Shown piece by piece: positions 17,607 to 26,726 of a DNA stretch of 64,000 nucleotides. The notes below the pieces were generated by a model that saw nothing but the letters and a program-made list of their open reading frames with translations, was not told where the DNA came from and searched no databases. Source of the DNA: a virus (Duplodnaviria; Caudoviricetes); IMG/VR virus record IMGVR_UViG_3300045596_000094, positions 205,039 to 269,038 of that record; one strand, written 5' to 3'. Every line of letters starts with the position of its first letter. Within the stretch, counting starts at the first letter, position 1. The position numbers and the translations under genes were made by a program.

Positions 17607-19261
17607 TATTTTCTCCACATTAATCCAACAATAACACGTTCCACTGTTTCCACACGTGGTGAGTTTAAGAACGAGCCTTTAGGGTTGAGGTATGAGTTGG
17701 CTTTAGAAAGATAATCGTTGACTTTACGAATAGATTCATCCATGTATAACCCAATCTGTGACATAGTGTCACCATCGAAGTCACCACCCAACCCAGCTAG
17801 TCGCGACGGGTTTGGTGAAGCGGTTTCAACATACGTACCCACATCAAAATCTGGATACTCGTAAGCGTGGTCAATCGGATTGTTGTCGAAGAACTTCTTC
17901 AAATTCCATTCTTCATCTAATTCCCAACGAGCAACCCCTTGAGTGGTGGTCTTCACGTAGAAATAAGAAACATAAATCGAACCTAAGCCCGCTACAGGGT
18001 AACGAGTAGAGGTCATCGGATATTTGTTCCACTCACGATAACCTGAAACATACAGAAGTTCAGCAAAAGTGATTGGATGTACATCACGACGAGGTAATTC
18101 AGTGGGTAGTTCATCTATATCGTTAAAGAAACGAAATACATTCTTACCGTTTTTCTGACCACGATAAACTAAACCGAGGTAGTTACCCGCAATTGTAACA
18201 GGTGCACCACGAACAGAACGGTCAAAGAAATTAGAGATGATTTTCTCTATCCCTTCAGGGGTGTTGAATCGGTCAAACTCTTTACGAGGTACGTTAACAA
18301 CCTCACGTTTTAATGTTTTCGGGTTGGTTGTATACGCACGCCCGTCACCAGCTTCAAACGCATCCTTTAAATATCCGTTTAAGATCAAATGCTGAGCCAC
18401 TGGTAGTAGTGCTTTCAATGTTTGATACAAACCAACAACGGTACTGTTTAGTTTTGGGGCATTCTTATCGCCCAAATGTCTAACAGAGGTATCCATCGCC
18501 GAGATAACATTTCGCGTACCATTAAACACACCGCGAGAATAATATCGCTTATATGCAAATCCACGTTTACCTTCGTAGAGATTCCAAAGATATTCAAAGA
18601 TAGCATTAAAAGCATTCTGCATGGTAAGGCGTGTGGTGTTAAAAGCACCAGAAGTAGAATCAGCATTATCTGGAATCGCATTTGCCGAAGCTAATAACGA
18701 ACGATAACGTCCGTTGATCTCATCCTCGTTAGTTCTTCCATCCGCCCCAATATAGGCGTCACGCAAACCTGCTGGAATAACTGGAATCAAACGGCAGAAA
18801 GCACGACCACTCTCTAAAGCGTTAGTAACTGTCTTTACGCTTTCTTCACGTTTGGCCGAACCCGTGAGTTTGAATTCTATTTTTGGTAAATGGTTTAAAA
18901 AGAAAGCATAGCCCGTTTGACCAGAGATCATATCTGAGGGTTCGAGGTCTTTTGTAACTGGATCGAAAATGGCATACTGCCGACCAGCAATAATGTCCCC
19001 GTAAATGGAACGGAGTCTAACAATCTTCTTGTAAATGAAAGGGTGAAGGATTGGGATTTTTACATCAATCTTTGCAAATCGGTTATCTCGTTCCTGAGAA
19101 CCGACACGGCCAAAGATCTCCGTAGAGAAAAGTCCATCCTGATGAAAGTTCCCTGTTCCACCATCATAGGTGTCAAGCACCTTGATGGGCATTAGGTTCT
19201 TCATCGAAGATTCAGACATGTCCATTAACGAAAGGTTAACTGGCATTTCTAAACGATTCAT
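17606..19261 (-). CDS. Virion RNA polymerase beta-prime subunit, catalytic part (phiKZ gp180-like)
   Basis: Catalytic GGDFDGD motif; DGLFSTEIFG; IPVIPAGLR; TRYP. Confidence 0.95.
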   Translation of the reverse strand: MNRLEMPVNLSLMDMSESSMKNLMPIKVLDTYDGGTGNFHQDGLFSTEIFGRVGSQERDNRFAKIDVKIPILHPFIYKKIVRLRSIYGDIIAGRQYAIFDPVTKDLEPSDMISGQTGYAFFLNHLPKIEFKLTGSAKREESVKTVTNALESGRAFCRLIPVIPAGLRDAYIGADGRTNEDEINGRYRSLLASANAIPDNADSTSGAFNTTRLTMQNAFNAIFEYLWNLYEGKRGFAYKRYYSRGVFNGTRNVISAMDTSVRHLGDKNAPKLNSTVVGLYQTLKALLPVAQHLILNGYLKDAFEAGDGRAYTTNPKTLKREVVNVPRKEFDRFNTPEGIEKIISNFFDRSVRGAPVTIAGNYLGLVYRGQKNGKNVFRFFNDIDELPTELPRRDVHPITFAELLYVSGYREWNKYPMTSTRYPVAGLGSIYVSYFYVKTTTQGVARWELDEEWNLKKFFDNNPIDHAYEYPDFDVGTYVETASPNPSRLAGLGGDFDGDTMSQIGLYMDESIRKVNDYLSKANSYLNPKGSFLNSPRVETVERVIVGLMWRK

Positions 19262-19318
19262 GATTTTGCCTCGTTATCGGGTATTTTGTGATATCACACT
19301 TATAGAGTGAGCTATAGA

Positions 19319-22300
19319 ATGGTTAAGAAAACTGAACATTACGATTTCGACTTCCCTGAATGGGATGACTTCGGAGATAATGGGGAAGGTGGCTTCCGTG
19401 AGTCTAGTAAGAAGGGAGGTAAACGTAAAGCTATCACAGAATTCGGTGGTTCATTTTTATCAGGTATTAAAAAGAATCTATTAAACAAAGATACGCAACG
19501 TAAATTTATTGAAAATGCGATGCCGAGTTCAGGTTATACCCGTTTATTTGATTCGGCACATATGGTGAAAGATTCCATATCAGATCTCTCGTATAGCCTA
19601 AAAGGTGACATCCGAAAAGTCTCTGATGATTTTAGAGAACCTTTAAAAACATTAGAGAGAGCACATCGTGATAATCGCTTTGTACCGAAGAAGATCTCGG
19701 AAAAGATTCGCGGTTGGGAATCTAATAGTTACGGGAATACCTCTTCTGGTTCTCGTAAAGATAAGTTTGACTCAGACATGGCGGGGATCTTCGATGGATT
19801 CGACACTGCCCAGGCTGCAAGCACTGTTCAAACGAAGAAAGCGATCCGTGAGTCGTCGGATAAAGCTACTGCTGTAGGTGTAATGAATACCAAAGCGACG
19901 TTAGCTGTTGCTCAAGGGATCAATGAAACCAATGCGGGAATTGGGCGTCTAGTTGCCTTTAATGAGAAGGTTACTGGTCGAGCGATGCGCAAGCAGCTTG
20001 AATTACAATTCAAGCAATACGTGACTGCCCGTGAACAATTAGATGTACTCCAACAAATGCGCGATCTTCAATCGAAGAGTTTCGATTCTTTAGTGAAGAA
20101 CACGGGGTTACCTGAAGCCGTTAAAGTTACTAACTTTGAAATGGCAAATCAACAACTTAAACGTCAGTTGTTCGGTGCAGCAAACCGACGTGTAGCCAAT
20201 AGTTTTAAAGATATTGGCGCACGTATGTTAGAAGACTTGAAAGTCAATGCTTCGTCATTTATTGATCTTGCCGGTGTTGGTTTAGCGGGAGGTCTCAGCG
20301 GTTATGCAAATAGTGTTGAAAATAAAGCCTTGGACCGAGAAATGGGTCTCGGGGAATCACGTGCTCGTAAAGCCGGAAATCTAGGTGGTCAAGCAGCTAC
20401 GTGGCTTTTGTCTTCTTACGGCGGTAAAATGTTCAATAAGAAGTTTGGAAATAATCCGAATATTAAGAAATACTCGGATATGCTTTTGAATGCCTCAGAT
20501 AACTCAGCGCACTGGTTCAATCGCGTTGTTAATGAAAGAACAGACAGTCAAGTAGCAAATGCTCTAATAGACATTCTCGGTCTGGATAAATATACCTTCA
20601 AAGAGAACCCTAAAGTTCGTGGCTCGGCAGTCCCAGATCTCGAGAAACAAGCTTTCTTTAACGTACAGTCCCAATTAGCGTTGACTGAAGTAATCCCAGG
20701 TCATTTAAGAACGATGTCTCGTTTCTTGGAAATAATGGCAACGGGTAATCAAGATGTTGAGACTGAACGATACGATTACGAAACTGGTAAGTTTGTTCGC
20801 GATAGTGCATTGGTGGATCGTTACAATAAACGTTTATTTGGTGCGGAACGTTCTAAGACCGTAAAAGAGAACGTGGATAATGTTATCCGTGAAATGGATA
20901 CAAAGAATCAATTGTCGCCTAAGGCGAAACGTGAGCTACGTAGACATCTTCTAGATACTGCACGTTATGATCAGAAGAACGTAGATATCCGTGCTTTGAT
21001 TTCTGATGATTCACCATTGAGCTCTGATGTTGCAGATGAAGTTGCCCGTGTGTTAGGTGGTGTCGATAACTTCAATATGGATCCATCAGCACCGTATGAC
21101 CGTTCGTCTCACAAAGACATGTTCAAGTCATCGATTGAAGGATCAAATGAATATCATAGTCGTACTCGAAATGTAAATGAAGCAATGCGTAATCTTCGTG
21201 ATGTGTTGCCGAATAACATGCAGGCTGCGATTGATATTTCAAGACAAGGACATACTGATCTCCTAGAGCGCATCGGAGCGATCAATTATGTTGGCGATAC
21301 CTACAATCTAGATCGCCAGAAAGAAATGGATTATTACCTATCTGGTGGTGCTAAGTCAACCAATTACACTTCAGCACCAAATACGAATACTCGTTCAACC
21401 ATGGGGCCACCTAACTTTAGAGGACCTATCAATCCATACATGGGTGGTTCGAAAGTATCGGACGGGGTATTTGATCAACCCACTACAACAGTAGGTTCAG
21501 ACGCTCTCCAATTGCTCCAAGAGAACATCACAGCAGCAATAGAGCGTAACAGTACTGTTGACCTCCATCGCATCTCTAACGAGCTCCTAGACGCAATTAG
21601 AATGCAGTTGGAAATGGGTATAAATACCAACGCAGGTGATTCCTCTGACGGAACAACCGCTAGAAATACATCACGTAGAAACTCTTGGTTTAGTAAAGTC
21701 ATGACCCCTTTCCGTAAAGGTTTGGGTGGTATGGCTACTTACACTAAAACGATGTATGGTAAAGTCATTCCTGGAATCGTTAAAGCTCCTTTCAAACTAG
21801 CACGCTCTGCTTGGGATGGATTAAAGAGTTTAGGTGGTGCTAAGGGTGTTTATGACATTACTGCGAAGAAAGTCAAAGATACCGTTGGTGACGTCTACGC
21901 GATGGGTAAGAGCTCCCCATTATTAGAGAAATCTAAAATGGTGGCTGGCGAGTATTACGATCAGGCAACTGGTAAACACATCAAAACCTTTAAAGACATC
22001 CAAGGTGCGGTAGTGGATAAAGAAGGTAAGGTTGTCCTTACCATCGAAGACTTTAAACAAGGGTTATTCACTGTACGCAACGGTAAACCTGTTCGTTTAT
22101 TAACGGGCGCTTTAGGTTTAGCATGGAAGGGTACAAAAGGTTTATTGACCTTAGGCACTAAACCATATGCTTGGATGGGTCGCGGTTTATTTGGCGCAGC
22201 CAAAATTGCCGGTAAAATGTTATTTGGGACGAGTAAGTTCCAAGACGTCTACGTACCAGGAGAGCGTTCACCGCGACTAATGGCTTCAGTCTTAGCCGCT

Positions 22301-25300
22301 GGTGGGTATTTCAATGAAGATGGATCTGTGATCAAATCCATTGACGACATTAAAGGGGATATCAAGGATGCAACTGGTAAGGTTCGTTTAACCTTAGCTG
22401 AGATGACTGAGGGTCTTGTAGATTCTGCAGGGAAACCTTTGGAGTCATTCAAGAAGAAATCAGCGAGTCTCTTAGGTATTGCGGGCGGAGCATCAGTGCT
22501 TGGTGCTAAGGCAGCTTGGGCAATTGGATCTGGCGCTGCTAAACTTTACGGAAAAGCTTTACGTGGTATGGGGCGTGGCGCTAAGGGAATATTCTCATCT
22601 ATCTTCGGTCGCAAGAAAGGGCAAAATGCTGGAATTGGTGGGTTCGATGACTTCACCATGAAAATGCTTGCTCACCAAGCAGATAAGGTTGATCAGATCT
22701 ATGACCTATTGGATAAACGCCTTCCTGAAAACAAACGTCGTTTCGACGATATAGATGGTGATGGTTTACGTGAGGGGTCTCGTGAATCATGGTTATCTAA
22801 ACTTGCTAACCGTACTGAAGAAAAGACAGACGAAAAGAAACCAGAAGATAAGAAACAAAAAGGTATCTTCGGTTTACTCATGGCTGCTGTTAGTGGTATC
22901 GGTGGTTTAGTTGGCACCTTAAAAGGTTGGGCTTCCCGTATCTTTGGCTTAATGCGTGCGACCGCAATGATGCGTGCTGGTGGTTCACTCATGAGTGGTT
23001 TAGGTGGATTGCTTGGTGGTCTAGGTGGTCGTCGCGGTAGAGCGGGGCGTGCTGCTGGAAGAACCGCTAGTCGTGCTGCCCGTGCAGGTAGCTTTGTGAA
23101 AAACAATGCTGGTAAGATGCTTGGTTTTGGTCTACTGGCAGGTGCTGCAGGAATGGCGTTCGGCGGTATCGGATCTGAAGGTACTTCTGCGTTTAACTTA
23201 CTCGGTAAAGCTGAGCAGGAAGCATTAAAAGAATCCGGTGCATTATCGGGCGGTGATCCGTTAGCGGGAGCTGATGGTGGTGGTTCCGATCAAGGTGGTT
23301 CTGGTGGTTTCTGGGATAACCTTAAGAACGCTGTCATTGGTGGTGTTGGTGGTGAAGCCGCTGCTATTCTAGGTGGTATGGGGCTGAGCGCGCTAATCGG
23401 TAAGGTGACTGGTCGTAAGGGCGGTACACCAAGTGCAGTTAAGCCTAGTGCCAAACCGACAGGGATGTTAGGGAAAGCTGGTAACTTCTTATTTAAGAAT
23501 AAGTACGGGCGACTTCTAACGGCTGGGGCTTCGGCTGCTGGACTCTATACCGGGATGAATGCACTTACCGGTGACGACTCTGAGGTTAATCCGCAAACAG
23601 CTGCGCTGAAATCCATGGGTATTACCATGGGGATAGATGCGGGATTGGGCTATGGTGTTCCGTGGCTAATGGATAAGTTCGGTAAAGGTGGTAGAGCCGC
23701 GGGTACCGCCGCTGAAGCTGCTCAGGCTGCTTCCGGTGTAGGTACTGCTGCAACAGCTGCCGGTGCTGCTTCTAAGGCAGGGATGTTAGCTCGATTAGGT
23801 GGTGGTTTAGGTAAGGCTGCACGTTTCGCTGGTAAAGCAGCAATACCACTAACACTCGCGATGGGTGCTATGGATGCGTATAACACCGAAGGAACATTTG
23901 GAGATAAAGCCGGTGCTTTTGCTGGTTCTGTAGCTCCAGGGTTACTCGGTATTGGCGCGTTGAAGTTAGCAGCTAATCCATTAGCTCGTGCTGCAATGTG
24001 GCAGGGTGCGCGTAGTCTCGCTGCGGGCGCAGGTAGTCTAATTGCGGGTACGGTTGGGATGCCTGTTGCATTAACAGCAGCAGCTATTGCGGGTGCAGGA
24101 TATCTTGGCTATAAGGCTTACAAACGTTGGTTTAAGAAAGATAAACAAGCGTTAGTTAGATTCCGTATGGCTCAGTATGGTTTTGACCTTGATAAGAAAG
24201 AACGTTCAGATCTACTTCTCCAATTAGAGAAATTAGCGATGGACTGCGTGACTATCAAAGGGGAACAGGCTGAATTTAACAAGAACCTTTCAGCTGAGAA
24301 GATCACGAGCTTATTCGGTATTCTTGCCGAAGACCGCACTTCTTTGAAACAGTTTGAAGCTTGGTTCATGTATCGTTTCCGCCCTGTCTTCTTAAAGGCA
24401 TACGGTGTAAACTACAAGATCACCAAGAAGAAAGACCTACACGCTGCCGATGACAACATGGCACGTGAAGAGAAGATGCAATATCTTCAAAACACCAATA
24501 GTTTCTTCGAAACTCCATCGCCATATAAGGTAACTATTAGTCCTTTCCCTGACGAAGGTAAAACCCCGTATAGCGAAGAAGATGTAGCTGACGCATACAA
24601 GAAAGCCATGCGTGATGTGAAGAAAGAGAAAACTCGTGCTGAGGTCGATAAAGACAAAGCCAAGGATGATCTAGATAAGGAAGTGAACCGTAGAGAGACT
24701 GCTAAAATCGATAATCGTTTAGACTGGGAACAGGAAGAACGAAATCGGACTAAGCAAGATCTTGCTGCTCGAGCTGAAAAGTCTGGGTCGATTGTAGATA
24801 AGGCAAAATCGATGGCGTATAACGCCTACGATAAAATCGCCGGTTCTATCTTTGGTAAAGCGTTGTCCAATATCGGTGCAGGTATCTCAGATGCTGCTGG
24901 TAGTGCTTACACCATGTTCACTGGAAATGTGAATATGTCTAAGTCTCAGAAGCAGTGGCAGATGATGGTCTATAAAGCTTTCAAAACTGCTGGTTTCTCT
25001 GATATGCAGTCACGTATTCTCACAGCAGAGGTAGGGCGTGAGAACTCGTATAATCCACAACATCTCTTTGGTGGTCATGCCGACCCACATCGTGGTGCTA
25101 ACCTAGGGATGATCTCTTGGCAGGGGGATCGTAGAACCCGTTTAGCTGATCGTTTGAGAAAGGCAGGTTTATTAACTGGTGGTGATCGCATCGCTCCAGG
25201 GCAACCAGCACTTGATGAGCAAGCTCGGTATGTGATGTGGGAATTAAGAAACACTCATGCGAAAGCAGGGAATAAGTTCTTATCTAATCCTAACATCGAT

Positions 25301-26662
25301 TACAAAACAGGTGCTGATCTCATCGGTCGTGAATATATTCGTTGGCGCATTGACGACCCTAAATACCGTGCAGGTGGTTTACGAAACCGTGATGGTTTCT
25401 ACAACATGCTGAATCAACAGTTAGGGGCTCCGCAAAAGAATGCTGATTCAGGTCAGGGTTCCGGTCAAGCTAAACCAGCGAATAAAAATGCTTCTAGTGA
25501 ACTACCACCATATCTGAAACGAGCTCCTGGTAACCCAGATGCAAAACTGTTAACCAGTGACGGTAAGTTAAATAAACCTAACCTATCAGACACAGGCACA
25601 GCGAAACAACTGGCAGGTGCGGGTATTTACGTAGGGCCGGGTGCTGCTTCTGGCGGTGGAGGTACCTCTGGTCAAGCAGGTGCATTAAAAGCATTCCTAG
25701 AAACACTGAGCCCTGATAAGATCAAAGCTGGTGCCACTTTCGTTGTTAAACAAAACAACGACGTTGACCTTCGCGGAATGAAGCAAGACTTCATGGCGAT
25801 ATTCTACGCTATGGCGTACGACTATAATCAACGCACTGGTAAGAAAATTCAGGTTAACTCAGGTTATCGTAGTGTGCAGAAACAAAAGCAACTCTACGAT
25901 GCTTGGATTGCTCGCGGTAAGACTGGTGGTGCTGTGGCTAAACCTGGTAACTCGCGCCACAATAGCGGTGTGGCTATTGATATTAACTCGGCTACCGCAA
26001 ATGAGTTAGATAGCATGGGTCTATTGAAGAAATACAGTTTCCATAGACCGGTGCGTGGTGAGGCATGGCACTTAGAAAACCATTTCTTCTCCGCTGCTAA
26101 ATTGACTCAGGATGCTTTAAAGCAAGCTGAATCTGGTGGTGTATCAGATTCACAGGTAGAAAACGCACAAGCTCAGTTAGATGCTTCTGAAGGTCGTTTC
26201 CAACAGAAGGGTTTAACCGGTAAAGCTTCTGCTACATTCGATCCGTCCACTGGTAAAGTGACGTATGCGAATGGAACTACCGCAGGTGCGCCAAAGATCC
26301 CTGGTGTTACTTCATCTGGGTCTACAGCTAAACCAGCTACAAACACCAGTAGTTTCACAGCCAATCAGCCAACGCCAACACCGACGCGTAGAGTTACACA
26401 AACTTCAGCGGCGGCAGAGCGTAGTTCGGTGGTTGCTGAAGCAACTAATCGTCGTCAGACTGAGGAGCAAGCTACGCAAAATGTTGAGCAGACCAATCTC
26501 ATGAAACAACAAGTTTCATTACAGACTGAGATGTTGAAAGCATTGCGTAGCATTGATACTAAACTACAGGGAGGGAGATCTCAACAGACCTCACAGTCGC
26601 AGAACTTTAGATCTGCGGATGTAAATACTCCTGTTAGTATGAGTGTCAGACCAATAAATTAA
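19319..26662 (+). CDS. Tape-measure/tail-associated lysin (phiKZ gp181-like) with C-terminal phage tail lysozyme-like and M15 peptidase domains
   Basis: ~2450 aa, Gly/Ala-rich helical. AEVGRENS...GMISWQGDR (tail lysozyme-like). INSGYRS-type motif (VNSGYRS)...PGNSRHNSGVAIDI...EAWH (M15 zinc peptidase). Divergent from the vRNAP genes as in phiKZ relatives. Confidence 0.9.
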   Translation: MVKKTEHYDFDFPEWDDFGDNGEGGFRESSKKGGKRKAITEFGGSFLSGIKKNLLNKDTQRKFIENAMPSSGYTRLFDSAHMVKDSISDLSYSLKGDIRKVSDDFREPLKTLERAHRDNRFVPKKISEKIRGWESNSYGNTSSGSRKDKFDSDMAGIFDGFDTAQAASTVQTKKAIRESSDKATAVGVMNTKATLAVAQGINETNAGIGRLVAFNEKVTGRAMRKQLELQFKQYVTAREQLDVLQQMRDLQSKSFDSLVKNTGLPEAVKVTNFEMANQQLKRQLFGAANRRVANSFKDIGARMLEDLKVNASSFIDLAGVGLAGGLSGYANSVENKALDREMGLGESRARKAGNLGGQAATWLLSSYGGKMFNKKFGNNPNIKKYSDMLLNASDNSAHWFNRVVNERTDSQVANALIDILGLDKYTFKENPKVRGSAVPDLEKQAFFNVQSQLALTEVIPGHLRTMSRFLEIMATGNQDVETERYDYETGKFVRDSALVDRYNKRLFGAERSKTVKENVDNVIREMDTKNQLSPKAKRELRRHLLDTARYDQKNVDIRALISDDSPLSSDVADEVARVLGGVDNFNMDPSAPYDRSSHKDMFKSSIEGSNEYHSRTRNVNEAMRNLRDVLPNNMQAAIDISRQGHTDLLERIGAINYVGDTYNLDRQKEMDYYLSGGAKSTNYTSAPNTNTRSTMGPPNFRGPINPYMGGSKVSDGVFDQPTTTVGSDALQLLQENITAAIERNSTVDLHRISNELLDAIRMQLEMGINTNAGDSSDGTTARNTSRRNSWFSKVMTPFRKGLGGMATYTKTMYGKVIPGIVKAPFKLARSAWDGLKSLGGAKGVYDITAKKVKDTVGDVYAMGKSSPLLEKSKMVAGEYYDQATGKHIKTFKDIQGAVVDKEGKVVLTIEDFKQGLFTVRNGKPVRLLTGALGLAWKGTKGLLTLGTKPYAWMGRGLFGAAKIAGKMLFGTSKFQDVYVPGERSPRLMASVLAAGGYFNEDGSVIKSIDDIKGDIKDATGKVRLTLAEMTEGLVDSAGKPLESFKKKSASLLGIAGGASVLGAKAAWAIGSGAAKLYGKALRGMGRGAKGIFSSIFGRKKGQNAGIGGFDDFTMKMLAHQADKVDQIYDLLDKRLPENKRRFDDIDGDGLREGSRESWLSKLANRTEEKTDEKKPEDKKQKGIFGLLMAAVSGIGGLVGTLKGWASRIFGLMRATAMMRAGGSLMSGLGGLLGGLGGRRGRAGRAAGRTASRAARAGSFVKNNAGKMLGFGLLAGAAGMAFGGIGSEGTSAFNLLGKAEQEALKESGALSGGDPLAGADGGGSDQGGSGGFWDNLKNAVIGGVGGEAAAILGGMGLSALIGKVTGRKGGTPSAVKPSAKPTGMLGKAGNFLFKNKYGRLLTAGASAAGLYTGMNALTGDDSEVNPQTAALKSMGITMGIDAGLGYGVPWLMDKFGKGGRAAGTAAEAAQAASGVGTAATAAGAASKAGMLARLGGGLGKAARFAGKAAIPLTLAMGAMDAYNTEGTFGDKAGAFAGSVAPGLLGIGALKLAANPLARAAMWQGARSLAAGAGSLIAGTVGMPVALTAAAIAGAGYLGYKAYKRWFKKDKQALVRFRMAQYGFDLDKKERSDLLLQLEKLAMDCVTIKGEQAEFNKNLSAEKITSLFGILAEDRTSLKQFEAWFMYRFRPVFLKAYGVNYKITKKKDLHAADDNMAREEKMQYLQNTNSFFETPSPYKVTISPFPDEGKTPYSEEDVADAYKKAMRDVKKEKTRAEVDKDKAKDDLDKEVNRRETAKIDNRLDWEQEERNRTKQDLAARAEKSGSIVDKAKSMAYNAYDKIAGSIFGKALSNIGAGISDAAGSAYTMFTGNVNMSKSQKQWQMMVYKAFKTAGFSDMQSRILTAEVGRENSYNPQHLFGGHADPHRGANLGMISWQGDRRTRLADRLRKAGLLTGGDRIAPGQPALDEQARYVMWELRNTHAKAGNKFLSNPNIDYKTGADLIGREYIRWRIDDPKYRAGGLRNRDGFYNMLNQQLGAPQKNADSGQGSGQAKPANKNASSELPPYLKRAPGNPDAKLLTSDGKLNKPNLSDTGTAKQLAGAGIYVGPGAASGGGGTSGQAGALKAFLETLSPDKIKAGATFVVKQNNDVDLRGMKQDFMAIFYAMAYDYNQRTGKKIQVNSGYRSVQKQKQLYDAWIARGKTGGAVAKPGNSRHNSGVAIDINSATANELDSMGLLKKYSFHRPVRGEAWHLENHFFSAAKLTQDALKQAESGGVSDSQVENAQAQLDASEGRFQQKGLTGKASATFDPSTGKVTYANGTTAGAPKIPGVTSSGSTAKPATNTSSFTANQPTPTPTRRVTQTSAAAERSSVVAEATNRRQTEEQATQNVEQTNLMKQQVSLQTEMLKALRSIDTKLQGGRSQQTSQSQNFRSADVNTPVSMSVRPIN

Positions 26663-26726
26663 TTATTTGGACACTGGTGGGTTCGTCCTGCCAGTGTCTA
26701 TGTTTCTATTTTTGGAGTATTTGAAT

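Noticed and set aside
13134-19261. Introns, inteins or a homing endonuclease in the RNAP genes
   Set aside because: Both genes are continuous, of expected length and directly coupled by TAATG. No intein termini or endonuclease ORF are evident.
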